A stretch of DNA of 64,000 nucleotides from Candidatus Aenigmatarchaeota archaeon (GCA_963726265.1 CAVSBQ010000002.1:256001-320000), one strand, 5' to 3'. Positions 42,664 through 53,859 are shown, numbered from the stretch's first letter. The notes: generated by a model not told the origin, from the sequence alone. Numbers and translations are program-made.

Positions 42664-42930
42664 TCATACCTTTACGCGTGCCATCCTGGGCCCGAAGAAA
42701 ATCCCAGGGTTGTCGCTAAAGGAATAACCTTCTTCCCTTTTATCTTTCAGAACTTCCCGTAAATAGTGATTGAATTCATACCTTCCAAGAGGCATCAAAC
42801 CGCATTCACTTTCTGCTATGCGCTGCAGGGAAAAAACGTACATCTCAGGCCAGCCGTGATTTATTTCACGGTAGTGTTCAAGCGCCTTTGAAATCGATCT
42901 TCTTATCAAATGACCGGAAAGCAAATCCAT
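42664..42930 (-). CDS. Hypothetical protein
   Basis: 88-aa ORF with TTTAAAAA upstream. Confidence 0.5.
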   Translation of the reverse strand: MDLLSGHLIRRSISKALEHYREINHGWPEMYVFSLQRIAESECGLMPLGRYEFNHYLREVLKDKREEGYSFSDNPGIFFGPRMARVKV

Positions 42931-42998
42931 TCCATCTTATTGCCCGAAAATTTTTTAAATGTATACTATGCCAGAACGGGCGGGTTTTACGCGAGTTT

Positions 42999-44558
42999 TT
43001 AAGCGAACTCGCCCAAGGCCATCTGCTTCTTTGCGTGTCGTCTGCGCGGCGGCTCGGCGGCTTCGCCGCGCATCTCGTAAAGCGTCTTCCTCATGACGCT
43101 TTCCTTCCTCTGCGCGGTCCAGTAATACGCCTCGTCGCGCGTATGCTTGGCTATGAGAATGATTATCCTGCCGACCTTCGTTCTTCCCACCCGTCCGCGG
43201 CGCTGGATGGAACGAATCTCGCTGGGAACCGGCTCGTAGAAAATGGCGAGCTCCATTTCCGGGATATCGATGCCCTCCTCCCCTATTGATGTCGTGACCA
43301 AGACATTGTATGTGCCTTCCCTGAATTCATCGATGCGCTGCTTCTGCTCGAGCTGCGACATCCCATCCTTCTGCCCCATGAACTCGCCCGGCCTCGCGCC
43401 GTCGACGTTCGAGAGCGTCTTCACGAGCTCCCTTACCATCTCCCTGTAGTTGGCGAACAGTATTATTTTCGAATCGGGTTTTGCGCGCAGCTGGCTGCTG
43501 ATGATTTCGCTGAGCTTCGCCATCTTAGGATGCTTGCGCCCCTCGGCTTCAAGCGCCTCGGCCAGCTTCATCGCCCTAAGCACGCCTTTGTCGCGCAGCA
43601 CGCTTCTCGACGACCTTGCCTTGTCCGACGAAAGCTTGCGAAAATAGTTCCAGAGCGAGGTTATGCCCTGCGTCTCAAGCAGGCCGAGAGCGTGCTCGAG
43701 CTTTATCGCCTGCGCGACGAGCGACACGCCCCAGAATTTCCTGAAGTCCCTCGACGGGTTGGCCATGAGCTTGCCCTGGAGTTCGATCAGGTCGCGCTTG
43801 CTGATGATGCCGACGGGCTTGTTGAAGCCGATTTTTTTGAGCTTCTCCAGCCTGTCCATGTAGGCTTTCCTCAGATGCTTCCCGAGCTCAACGAAAGCGT
43901 CAGGCAGGTTGACGTAAACCCACTCGACCTGCTTCTCCTGGACCCAAGGCCCGACGTCATGGTCGCTTTCCGTGCGTATCTCCACGTCGCGTATGCCGAG
44001 GTTGTCCATTATCGTCTTTATCTTCGCCTTCGTTCCTCCTGGCGAGGCAGTGAGGCCGAGAATCCTCCTGTTCTTCGCCTGCTCCGCATAAACCTTCGCT
44101 ATGAACGGGTAAGCGTAATCGCCTATCGAATGATGCGCTTCATCGAAAACCAGAAGCGAGAAATCTGACAAATCGAGCCTTTTTTCCTGGAGGTCGTTCT
44201 CTATGGTCTGAGGCGTCGCGAAAATGATGCTGGCATTTTTGTAGAGCTCCTGCCTGCTCTCCGGCTTCGTCTTGCCGGTCACGAGCACAAAACTGTCATC
44301 GGGTAAATCGATGACGCGCCTGAACGAGCCGAGATGCTGTTCGGTTAGCGGCCTGGTCGGGGCCATGACCAGCACTTTCGAGCCCGGGAATTTCTGCAGA
44401 CGGAAAACAGACAGCGCAATCGCTATCGGAGTCTTGCCCAGTCCCGTTGGTAACACGCAGAGCAGGTCGCTGGCTACCGCGCGGCCGAGAATCGCCTCCT
44501 GGTACAGCCGGGATTCCAGCGTGCCCTTCTTTATCATCGGATGTTCGACGAATGCCAT
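42999..44558 (-). CDS. Hef/FANCM-like DEAH helicase without ERCC4 nuclease domain
   Basis: RLYQ, LPTGLGKT, DEAHH, GLTASPG, SIGEEGIDIP, IQRRGRVGR. Confidence 0.9.
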   Translation of the reverse strand: MAFVEHPMIKKGTLESRLYQEAILGRAVASDLLCVLPTGLGKTPIAIALSVFRLQKFPGSKVLVMAPTRPLTEQHLGSFRRVIDLPDDSFVLVTGKTKPESRQELYKNASIIFATPQTIENDLQEKRLDLSDFSLLVFDEAHHSIGDYAYPFIAKVYAEQAKNRRILGLTASPGGTKAKIKTIMDNLGIRDVEIRTESDHDVGPWVQEKQVEWVYVNLPDAFVELGKHLRKAYMDRLEKLKKIGFNKPVGIISKRDLIELQGKLMANPSRDFRKFWGVSLVAQAIKLEHALGLLETQGITSLWNYFRKLSSDKARSSRSVLRDKGVLRAMKLAEALEAEGRKHPKMAKLSEIISSQLRAKPDSKIILFANYREMVRELVKTLSNVDGARPGEFMGQKDGMSQLEQKQRIDEFREGTYNVLVTTSIGEEGIDIPEMELAIFYEPVPSEIRSIQRRGRVGRTKVGRIIILIAKHTRDEAYYWTAQRKESVMRKTLYEMRGEAAEPPRRRHAKKQMALGEFA

Positions 44559-44616
44559 GTAAATGCACTGAATAAGAAATCGCAGGAGGTCATAAAAAGT
44601 TTGACAAGGCGGCAAA

Positions 44617-45528
44617 TCACTCACACAGCCACGGATACGCCTTCTTGACTTCCTCCACGAAGTTCTCGTGGGTGTAGACTCCCAGCTCGGAGATGATGGC
44701 CGTGACCAGGTCGGGATTTATGCGCTCGAAGCACGGGTTCTCGATTTTTATCCCCCTTGGAGCGCCGGGCCAGATTTCCTTCGCAGGCCGGAGCTCGATT
44801 TTTTCCTCGCGGCCATATATCCCCTCCGGGTCGAACTTCCACGAGTCGCCGCAGGCGTAAAGGGGAATGTCGTATTTGTCGGCTATGACGGCGAAAAGCT
44901 CCGAGCCTATCTTGTTGTATATCTTCGTCGTCGTCACTGCGTCGAAGCCGAATAATATGATGTCCGATTTCTTGAGCGCGATCCTCGCCGCGGAGTCGAC
45001 GAAATGGGTGACGGGGATTTTCATCTTCGCGAGCTCTTTCGCGGTGATTCTTCCCTGGAACAGCGGTCGCGCCTCCGTGTTGCAGACCCGGAATTTCCTG
45101 CCGTCCGCCTTCGCTTCTTTCAGGATTGCCATGACCGTCGACGAATGGCAGTGCGTGAAGACGACCATGCCGTTCTCGATTTTCTTCGCCCCGATTTCGG
45201 CTATGGTCTGCTGCGCGGAATCGAAGTGTTCCAAGGTTTCGGAGCACATGATGCGCAGCCGCTTCTTCAGGTCGTGGACGTTCCTGTCATGCGACTGGAG
45301 CGAGTCGATGACATACGCTATGGCGTTCCTCATGAGCGGCTCGGTCGGCCGCGAAGAGAAAAGCAATTTTTTCGCCTTCTCAAGTTCGGAGAAAAAGACC
45401 GCGGTAGAATGCGTTTTAAGCGGCAGGCCGCGGTGCTCGATAGCCTGGACGGCGTTTATTGCGACGTTTTCCGCGCCCTGTATCTTTACCGCCTTTATGT
45501 CGCGGAGTATCTTCTCGAACTTGTCCAT
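44617..45528 (-). CDS. Ribose-1,5-bisphosphate isomerase / eIF2B-like protein
   Basis: IQGA, SRPTEP, THCHSSTV, EARPLFQG, NKIGS, NPCFE. Confidence 0.85.
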   Translation of the reverse strand: MDKFEKILRDIKAVKIQGAENVAINAVQAIEHRGLPLKTHSTAVFFSELEKAKKLLFSSRPTEPLMRNAIAYVIDSLQSHDRNVHDLKKRLRIMCSETLEHFDSAQQTIAEIGAKKIENGMVVFTHCHSSTVMAILKEAKADGRKFRVCNTEARPLFQGRITAKELAKMKIPVTHFVDSAARIALKKSDIILFGFDAVTTTKIYNKIGSELFAVIADKYDIPLYACGDSWKFDPEGIYGREEKIELRPAKEIWPGAPRGIKIENPCFERINPDLVTAIISELGVYTHENFVEEVKKAYPWLCE

Positions 45529-45573
45529 GTTAAGAATTTGTCCCAGGCGGCTTAAATTTGTCTGGCTTTGCCG

Positions 45574-46152
45574 CTAGTCTTTCGCCGGCTTGACCTTCAG
45601 GCCGATCCCTTCAAGCCGCTTCTTGAAGTTGTTGAGCGCGGTGTTGATGTCGACCAGGCTGCGGCCGCCAGTGCAGATTATTTTTCCCGAGCCGAAAAGA
45701 AGGAACGCCGTTCGCGGGCTTTTCATCCTGTAGACGAGGCCGGGGAACTGCTCGGGCTCGTATTCGACCTCTTCCAGCGACATGGCGATTTCCTCGAGCA
45801 TGAGCCTCGGCTTGACTTCGATTCTCGTCGAGGCAACGATGTTCTCGATGTTTATGTTGAACTTGGTCGGCATGGACGTCCCGGTCTTCTTTATGTCGAG
45901 GACGATTTTCCTCATGGCCTCCTTCGCCATCGCTATGCTCTTCGCTCCGGTGCAGACTATCTTGCCTGATGAAAAAATGAGCGCGGCCGCTCGCGGATCT
46001 TTAATCCTGTAGACGAGGCCGGGGAACTGCTCGGGCTCGTATTCGGTGTTGCCCATCTTCTCAACGAGCTTGTTCAGCACGATCTTCCTGCCCAAAACGG
46101 CGAAGGCCACTACGTTTTCGACTTTTATGTGAAATTCCACCACAAGCAACAC
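45574..46152 (-). CDS. tbp: TATA-box-binding protein
   Basis: Two repeats of ENxVA...YEPEQFPGLVYR...F.SGKI.CTG. Confidence 0.97.
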   Translation of the reverse strand: MLLVVEFHIKVENVVAFAVLGRKIVLNKLVEKMGNTEYEPEQFPGLVYRIKDPRAAALIFSSGKIVCTGAKSIAMAKEAMRKIVLDIKKTGTSMPTKFNINIENIVASTRIEVKPRLMLEEIAMSLEEVEYEPEQFPGLVYRMKSPRTAFLLFGSGKIICTGGRSLVDINTALNNFKKRLEGIGLKVKPAKD

Positions 46153-46210
46153 CCTTTATACATTATTTGTATATAGCCACATAAATAGTTCTTCGGAAAA
46201 AGCCCTTCTG

Positions 46211-47488
46211 CTAAGCCTTTTCACGGCCGAAAAGCCTGCTCTGCTTCGATGCCCCGGCCGTTCCTTTGCTTCGCGCCTCCTGCGCCTTCAGCAGGAATTT
46301 CTCCGCATCCTCCGCCCTGTCTTCGGCCAGCAGCTCGAACAGGCCTTCGAAATGCTTCGGGTCGAGTCCCGCTTTCGTCAGATTCTCGAGCAGGATTTTC
46401 CTGCCCATGTCCTCGACCGAGAGCTTGTGCTCTTCCAGCGTCTTGGTGGGGAGCGCCTTCTCTTCCTTCTCCTTTTTGAAAGAAAGTATGAGCCTGCTGC
46501 CGAATTTCATCTCCACGTCCTTCGCAAGCGTTTCGGCCTTGCCTTTCAGGTCGAGCCTCACTATCGCCTTTTTGTCAGGGTTAGCCGCGGCGATTTCGTG
46601 CAGCTCCTTCTCAAGCGCCTCTTTGTCGTCCGCCCCGAACTGCCTCACATAGACCCTGCGCTGGTTCTCGAGCGGAATCCAGTAGAAGCGCACGCCGCCC
46701 CTGTCTATGAACTTCGTCGCTTTCGGCGGGTCGCTCGCGAGGTCGCGCATTGAAGTCTCGACTATCCAGAAGCCCTTCGGCTCTTCTGATTCGTCCTTTA
46801 TCTGGGTGGGCACGAGCGAACCGGTAAGGATGAAAGGTTTGCCCGCATAATCGGCATGCTTCGCCTCGTGTATGTGGCCGTTGACATAGAGGTCGAAGCC
46901 CTTCGGCAGCTTGTCCAGGCCGAGCGTATGCTGCGCGTAGAGGAACTCGGCAATCGACTGGTGGAGGACGATGATGTTGAAGCAACCGTGCTCTGGCGCA
47001 GGATTCCAGTTAGACAGCACGCTTTCCGCATACTGGTCGGGAACGCCCGACATGCCCTGTATGGCGACGCGTTCCCCGTCCTTCTCGAATATCACGCCGT
47101 TGCAGTGCAGGTATGTCAGGAAGCCAGCCTTCTCAAGCGCCTCGACCGGATTCAGAAATCCCTTCGTGCGCCGCTCGTGCGTGCCGTGTATCGCGACGGT
47201 GGGTATGCCCATGAGCGCGATTTCCGAAACCTTGGATATGTCCTTCCCGATGCCCTGCACGAGCTTGAGGCCGCTTTGCTCGAGCAGCGGGGGAATCATC
47301 AGTTCCATCGCCTTCGTCAGCGTCTCGGCGTCGGGGCTCCGCGTATCGAAAATGTCGCCGGCGAAAAGAATCAGGTCGCAGCCCAGCGTCTTGCCTATCG
47401 CTTCCCTGAAGGCATCGAACGGGTCTTCCGCGCGCTCGCTGCCCGCGCCGAAGCCGAAATGGAAATCCGAAAGGATTGCGATTCTCAT
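46211..47488 (-). CDS. mre11: Mre11 DNA repair nuclease
   Basis: SDFHFG, AGDIFD, HGTHE, LHQ, GHIH, TGS. Confidence 0.88.
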   Translation of the reverse strand: MRIAILSDFHFGFGAGSERAEDPFDAFREAIGKTLGCDLILFAGDIFDTRSPDAETLTKAMELMIPPLLEQSGLKLVQGIGKDISKVSEIALMGIPTVAIHGTHERRTKGFLNPVEALEKAGFLTYLHCNGVIFEKDGERVAIQGMSGVPDQYAESVLSNWNPAPEHGCFNIIVLHQSIAEFLYAQHTLGLDKLPKGFDLYVNGHIHEAKHADYAGKPFILTGSLVPTQIKDESEEPKGFWIVETSMRDLASDPPKATKFIDRGGVRFYWIPLENQRRVYVRQFGADDKEALEKELHEIAAANPDKKAIVRLDLKGKAETLAKDVEMKFGSRLILSFKKEKEEKALPTKTLEEHKLSVEDMGRKILLENLTKAGLDPKHFEGLFELLAEDRAEDAEKFLLKAQEARSKGTAGASKQSRLFGREKA

Positions 47489-47632
47489 GCTTTCAACCCA
47501 CTCTCATGGATATAATGGCGAAGGGTAATAAAAATAATCGTATGCAAGAAATCTGTTAAACATGTAACCACCAGAAAGAAGCTACAATAATAAAGTATTT
47601 AAATCTGTTATTCAAAAGTTATTTGTGATAAC

Positions 47633-47818
47633 ATGAGTGACGACTTTAGAAAGGAATTTAGTGACATGAGTGGAGAAGCGGAACGAACCAGGAAAAACTA
47701 TGTTGTTCTAGGCCCATACAACAGTACACCGCCATGGGACGGGCACTTTGCCGATACGGGCGTTAGCCAACGCGCACAATCTACAAGAGACGTGAAAGGG
47801 GCAAACTTATTTATTTAG
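47633..47818 (+). CDS. Small hypothetical protein
   Basis: 61-aa ORF with TTTAAAT upstream. Confidence 0.35.
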   Translation: MSDDFRKEFSDMSGEAERTRKNYVVLGPYNSTPPWDGHFADTGVSQRAQSTRDVKGANLFI

Positions 47819-47844
47819 GATTTTTGCCGTATAGGAACGAGTGA

Positions 47845-48276
47845 ATGAACATGAAAGGATACAAAGGATTCAAAGGGCATTTTTTTGTTTCTGATAAAGG
47901 GAATATCGACGCTGTCGTTGAAGCCCTTAACAATGCGTACATTTATGTAATGGGACTTGAACCGCGATACATTGCTACTGGCGGTAAAATGCATACGAAT
48001 GATGATGGCTCTAGAAGGCCAGTATACAACAAAGACAGCGGGTGGATTAGCGATGCCGAAGGAACCCAGCTCGCAGTGGTGCATGAGCCCGGAAATGTCC
48101 CGAGGACAACCGCAACTGGCTCCGTGATTGAAAATCCGCGGCTTGTGGAAATATTCGCGACAGGAAGTTTAGACGCCAAATTGATAATGACGTTCATCGA
48201 AAGGACTATGCTTGAAAAAGGTTTTGAAATTGGCATGAATCCTTCTGAATACCTTTATACAATTGGCGACGCCTGA
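47845..48276 (+). CDS. Hypothetical protein
   Basis: 143-aa AT-richer ORF. Confidence 0.55.
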   Translation: MNMKGYKGFKGHFFVSDKGNIDAVVEALNNAYIYVMGLEPRYIATGGKMHTNDDGSRRPVYNKDSGWISDAEGTQLAVVHEPGNVPRTTATGSVIENPRLVEIFATGSLDAKLIMTFIERTMLEKGFEIGMNPSEYLYTIGDA

Positions 48277-48347
48277 ATATCTCATTGTCATGAGCGTAAG
48301 CCAGGCTGTGGCCCAAAACTTAAAAATCCATGCGCCAATAAAATAAA

Positions 48348-49785
48348 ATGTCAGGCATAATCGGCATCTTCTCGGTGGATGACAAGAACATAATGGACGA
48401 CCTGTTCTACGGCCTCGCGGCCCTGCAGCATCAGCGGGGAAGAAGGCTGCGGCATAAGCGTCAACAACGGCAAATATTTTCACACGCTTTCCAGCGATGG
48501 TCCGGTCTACTACTTCCTCAAGGACAAGCTGGAAGGCCTGAAAAGGCTGAAGCCATCGATGGGCATAGGCCACACGCTCTACGAAAGGAGCGGGGACCTG
48601 CAGCCCGTCGAGCAGTGGGGCGACCAGAACGTGAACATCTCGCTGGCAATGGACGGGGTCCTGCTCGGATTCGGGGAGAAAAAGCACGACAGCGTGATGC
48701 GCACGCTGTTCCTCGATTACCTGAGGGAGGATGGCAATTTCTATTCGGCCGCCAGGAAGCTGATGGAAAAGCTCGATGGCAGGGGCCCTTACAGCGTGGT
48801 CATAGCGGTCAGGAAAGGCGGTAAATTTTATCTTATCGCTTTCCGCGACCCGAAGGGCATAAAGCCGCTGTGCCTGGGCAGGAAGGATAATGTTTACGTG
48901 ATAGCGTCGGAGACCAAGGCGCTGGACAGCCTGGAAGCGGCCTTCGTCAAGGACGTGGAGCCCGGAGAGGTGCTCATCATCTCCAAGGGCGGCATGGAAT
49001 CGAGGGTGGTCAGGAAGGACCGCCACGCCCACTGCGCCTTCGAATGGATATACTTCGCGGACCCGACGTCGTCAATCGAGGGCAGGAACGTTTACCTAGT
49101 GAGGAAAACTCTCGGGGAGAAGCTTGCCCGGAGATACCCGCTTGACGTTGACGTTGTCATAGCCTCCCCGGATTCCGGCAGGGGGGTCGCAATCGGCTAC
49201 CAGCAGGAGCTGTGCAGGATAAAACAGAAGTTCGTGCCCTTCGAGGAGGCCAGCGTAAAGAATCCCGGAGCGAAGAGGACGTTTCAAGTGGAAAACCCCC
49301 AGGAAAGGGTGATGGCCGCCAGGACGAAGTTTTTCATAAACAAGGAAGTGGTCAGGGGCAAGAAGGTCGCGTGCGGCGACGACAGCATAGTGAGGGGCAC
49401 GGTCTTCAGGGACGGCATGGTCTACAAGCTGAGGGCGGCAGGAACCGAGGCGATTATATCGGTCATATCGTGCCCGCCGCTTGCATACCCGTGCATAAAG
49501 GACCCGAAAGGCAAGACCTTCGCCGCGCAGGGGCTGACGGGCACGGTTGAGGAAATAGGGGAAAAGGTCGCGAAGAAAATTAACGTCGACAAGGTCTGCT
49601 ACCCGACCATAGAGGAAATGGACCAGGCCATAGGCCACACGGACACGTGCAAGGCCTGCTTCAACGGCGTATATCCCATCAGGAAAAAGTTCATCTTCTG
49701 CAACGGCGAAGGCGGGGAAAGGAACATCGCGTTTTTCATAAACAAGGGCAGGGCAAAGGAGAAAAGAAGCGGAAGCGGCGAGTGA
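48348..49785 (+). CDS. purF: Amidophosphoribosyltransferase (frameshift near 48435; N-terminal Cys replaced by Ser)
   Basis: MSGIIG, ALQH, FRDPKGIKPL, CAFEWIYF, PDSG, DDSIVRGT, C.ACF.G.YP. Confidence 0.9.
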
Positions 49786-49786
49786 G

Positions 49787-50770
49787 TCAGCTCATCCAGC
49801 CTATGTCCGAGTCGTCCGTCCTCCATCTCGGGTCGACGTCGGCTTTTTCTGTTTTAATGTTTTGCCCGGCTTTGTGAGCGAGTATGCCGGTCCATGCAAT
49901 CATCGCGCCGTTGTCGCCAGCGAATTCGCGCGGGACGACCTTGAACTTCGCTCCCCGCTCCTCGCACATTTTGTTGAGCATTTCCTGCAGGCGCATGTTC
50001 GCAGCGACGCCGCCCGTGAGCAGGACCTGGTCCTTGCCGAGATGCGCGAGCGCGCGCTCCGTGACCTCGGTCAGCATTGAAAAGAAGACCTCCTGGATGG
50101 AGTAACAAATATTTTCGAGTGGCTCGCCCTTCTCATGCTTCTTTATGCATTCTGTCACTATGCCGGAGAACGACAAATCCATGCCCTTCACGACGTAGGG
50201 AAGCTCTATCCATTTCCCATTTTTTGCGAGCTGCTCTATTTTGGGAGCTTGCGGAAAATCGAGGCCCACAGCGCGGCCGAACTTGTCTAGCGCGTTTCCG
50301 ATGCCGATGTCCATGCACTCGCCGAAAACGCGGTAGCGGCCGCTAGCGAAGGAAATAATCTGCGTGTTGCCGCCCGAAACATAAACCACGACAGGGTCTT
50401 CGTAGCCGGACGTGAGTCTGCCGATTTCGATATGGGCTATGCAGTGGTTCACAGGCGCGAGCGGCAGCTTGTTTTTTTCAGCGAGCTCTTTCGCCAGCGC
50501 TAGGCCTTTGTGCAGGCACGGAGGCAGGCCAGGACCGCGAGAATACGCAATTAAACCCATGTCCTCGATTTTCAGCTTCGCTTTCTCCAGCGCCGCGCCG
50601 AGGACTGAATGTTTCGCTTCTTCATGATGCTTTCCCGCATCCATGGGGATTATGCCCCAGCCGGCCTTCGGCTTGTATACCGAGCGCTCATTAGCGAGCA
50701 CGCGGCCTTTGTCGTCGCATATGCCGATGCCGAAAGTGTGAGCGGTGGATTCGATGCCCAAGCAAATCAT
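49787..50770 (-). CDS. kae1: tRNA t6A biosynthesis protein Kae1
   Basis: LGIESTAHT, NHCIAHIE, YVSGGNT, DNGAMIA. Confidence 0.95.
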   Translation of the reverse strand: MICLGIESTAHTFGIGICDDKGRVLANERSVYKPKAGWGIIPMDAGKHHEEAKHSVLGAALEKAKLKIEDMGLIAYSRGPGLPPCLHKGLALAKELAEKNKLPLAPVNHCIAHIEIGRLTSGYEDPVVVYVSGGNTQIISFASGRYRVFGECMDIGIGNALDKFGRAVGLDFPQAPKIEQLAKNGKWIELPYVVKGMDLSFSGIVTECIKKHEKGEPLENICYSIQEVFFSMLTEVTERALAHLGKDQVLLTGGVAANMRLQEMLNKMCEERGAKFKVVPREFAGDNGAMIAWTGILAHKAGQNIKTEKADVDPRWRTDDSDIGWMS

Positions 50771-50828
50771 AAATTTCAATTATATTTAGATGTTTATAAA
50801 ATGCAAGACAAAATGGTAATATGATAAT

Positions 50829-52499
50829 ATGATATCCGACAAACCACTGCCCGAAGGGCAGCAATATGACATTATAATCATAACCGGCGACGCCTATGCA
50901 GACCATCCGCTGTGCGGCGCGGCAGTCATAGCGCGAACGCTTGAAAGCGAAGGCTATTCGGTAGGCATAATCGAGACTCCGGACTGGCTCGACGATGAGG
51001 AATTCACGAAGCTCGGCGAGCCGCGGCTTTTCTTCGGCATTACAGCAGGGGCGATGGACAGCATGCTCGACAACTACACGCCGCTGATAAAGGAGCGTGA
51101 CGAAGACGAGCACAAACGCTACACTCCGCAGAAGCCGGACCGCGCGGTGATAGTTTACGCGAACATGATAAGACGCAGCTACAAGAAGACACCCATGGTG
51201 CTTGGCGGCGTCGAAGCGTCGCTGCGGCGATTCGCGCACTTCGACTACTGGAGCAACAAGCTTAGAAGGTCGATACTCCCTGAATCGAGGGCGGAAATCC
51301 TAGCTTATGGTAACGCGGAGCATGCGATAGTCGAGATTGCGAAGAGGCTGGAAAAAAACGAAGCGCTGGACGGCATAGAAGGCACGTGCGTCGCAAGGAA
51401 CGAGGCGCCTCACGGCTTCAGAATCATGCCTTCGTTCGATGAAGTCGCCGCCGACAAAATGAAGTTCTGCAAGATGCAGCTCATGTTCAGCAACGACGAG
51501 AACCTCGCGCAGAAGACTGGCGACAAGTTCATCCTGCAATACAAAAGCCACCGCTACACGCCCGAAGAGCTCGACAAAACCTACGAGCTTCCCTACTCCC
51601 GCGACATCCCGGAGAAAGCGGAGTATCTAAAGGGCATGCAGTTCAGCGTCCTTACGCATCGCGGCTGCATAGGCAACTGCAGCTTCTGCTCCATCACACT
51701 GCATCAGGGTACGCGCATCGTTTCGCGCTCGGAGGCTTCGATACTGCGCGAAATCGCCTCACTGACGAAACACAAGGATTTCAAGGGCTACATCGACGAC
51801 CTCGGCGGGCCGTCTGCGAACATGTACGGCATGGACTGCCACGTGTGCAAAGGCAACTGCCTAGTGTGCAACCATCTGGACCGCAGCCACTCGAAGCTGA
51901 TCATGCTCATGGAGAAGGCGAGGCAAATTCCCGGCGTGAAGAAGATTTTCGTGCGCTCCGGCATACGCTACGATCTCGCGCTCGAGTCAAGGCAATACAT
52001 CAAGGAGATTTCAAGGCACCATATTTCAGGCTACCTGAAAATCGCGCCGGAGCACTGCAACCCCCACGTCCTCAAGCTCATGAACAAATACGTGCCCGGC
52101 AGCTTGGAGAAGTTCGTTTCCGTTTTCGGGGAAATAAACAAGGGAACGGGCCAGACGCTCAAATACTACGTCATAGCCGCGCATCCCGGCAGCTCCAAAA
52201 TAGAAAACGACGAACTGAAGAAGTTCGTCGCAAAGGTCGGGCGCGACGCGATAATCCAGACGTTCACGCCCACGCCCATGAGCCTCAGCACGTGCATGTA
52301 TTACACGGGCATGGACCCGCGCACCGGGAAGCCGGTCTACGTCCCGCGCGGCTTCAGGGACAAGAAAATCCAGAAGAACGAGCTGATGTTTTCCATACAC
52401 GGCATGCGCGCGGCCAGCATACCAAAGCGCCAGGACTTCCGCGCATCTAAAAACAAGCATCAGGCCGGACATCAAGGCAAGCGGCATAAAATGTTTTAA
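50829..52499 (+). CDS. YgiQ-family radical SAM protein
   Basis: TGDAYADHP, GGVEASLRR, HRGCIGNCSFC, DLGGPSANMY, FTPTP. Confidence 0.92.
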   Translation: MISDKPLPEGQQYDIIIITGDAYADHPLCGAAVIARTLESEGYSVGIIETPDWLDDEEFTKLGEPRLFFGITAGAMDSMLDNYTPLIKERDEDEHKRYTPQKPDRAVIVYANMIRRSYKKTPMVLGGVEASLRRFAHFDYWSNKLRRSILPESRAEILAYGNAEHAIVEIAKRLEKNEALDGIEGTCVARNEAPHGFRIMPSFDEVAADKMKFCKMQLMFSNDENLAQKTGDKFILQYKSHRYTPEELDKTYELPYSRDIPEKAEYLKGMQFSVLTHRGCIGNCSFCSITLHQGTRIVSRSEASILREIASLTKHKDFKGYIDDLGGPSANMYGMDCHVCKGNCLVCNHLDRSHSKLIMLMEKARQIPGVKKIFVRSGIRYDLALESRQYIKEISRHHISGYLKIAPEHCNPHVLKLMNKYVPGSLEKFVSVFGEINKGTGQTLKYYVIAAHPGSSKIENDELKKFVAKVGRDAIIQTFTPTPMSLSTCMYYTGMDPRTGKPVYVPRGFRDKKIQKNELMFSIHGMRAASIPKRQDFRASKNKHQAGHQGKRHKMF

Positions 52500-52543
52500 A
52501 ACCAGAAACCGAATAAGAATATCGCCAAAGGTGGGGAAACTGC

Positions 52544-53859
52544 ATGATAAAGGTTCTTCTCATAGGCAACGGCGCGCGAGAGCATGCGATTGCCGAAGCG
52601 ATACGCCGCTCGCCGCAGACCCACTGCGCTCTTTTCCTACATGAAGGCGAACAATCCAGGAATTCGAAGCCTCTCACAGAAATGCGAGCTGGGCGATTAC
52701 AATGATATCGGGAAGATGACTGATTTTGCAAAACATGTCGCCGCGGACTTCTGCGTGGTCGGGCCTGAAGCTCCGCTGGATTACGGCGCGGTGGACGCGC
52801 TCGCGAAGAGCCGGCGTCCCGTCGGTCGGGCCTGTGAAAGAACTGGCGAAGCTCGAGACGTCGAAAGCGTTCACTCGACTGCTCGCGCAGAAATACAAAA
52901 TTCCCGGCTCGCCGCAGTTCGAAGTGTTCAAAAACATGAACGGCATCAGGGAATTTTTGCATTCGCTCGCTTCTTTCGTGGTCAAGCCGGACGGCCTGAC
53001 GGGCGGCAAAGGTGTTATGGTTCACGGGGAGCATTTGAAAAATGCGGAGGACGCGCTCAGATACTGCGAGGAAGTTTTGAAGGCCCATGCATCCGTCATC
53101 GTCGAGGAGAAACTGGAAGGCGAGGAGTTCTCGCTGCAGAGCTTCACTGACGGCAGATTCGTGCTCGATTCGCCGCCCGCGCAGGACCACAAGAGGGCGT
53201 ATGTGAATGACGAGGGTCCCAATACTGGCGGCATGGGCTCTTATTCATGCACGGACCATCTCCTTCCCTTCATCACGAAAAGCGACCTGGAGGAAGCGCA
53301 TCGCATAACCGAGCTGATGGCGAAGGCAATCGAGAAAGAGACTGGAACGCTCTATAAGGGCGTCATGTACGGCGGCTTCATGGTGACGCGCGACGGCGTG
53401 AAACTGCTCGAATACAACGCGCGGCTCGGCGACCCCGAGGCCATGAACGTGCTCCCGATACTCAGGAGCGATTTCATAGACCTATGCTATGGCATCGTCA
53501 ACGGCAGCCTTTCGAAAGCCAAAACTCATTTTGAAAACAGGTCTACCGTATGCAAATACGTCGTACCCAGGGGTTATCCTGACAACCCCGTCAAGGGAGA
53601 GAAAATCGAGGTTCCGAATGCGCCGAGGGCGAAGATGTATTATGCGTCCGTCGACCAGAGACCAGAAGGCTTATACATGAGCGGCTCCCGCGCAATCGCT
53701 TTCGTTGGAGTGTCGCAGGATTTCGGCGAGGCGGAAAAAATCGCCGAGGAAGCCGTCAGGTCGGTAAAGGGGAGCGTGTTCCACAGGCCTGACATAGGGA
53801 CGAAGGCGCTGCTCGAGAAACGCGTGCGCCACATGGAAATGCTGAGAGGGAAGCCATGA
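52544..53859 (+). CDS. purD: Phosphoribosylamine--glycine ligase (frameshifts near 52618 and 52808)
   Basis: IGNGAREHAI, GPEAPL, KPDGLTGGKGV, QDHKR, GPNTGGMG, EYNARLGDPE. Confidence 0.94.
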
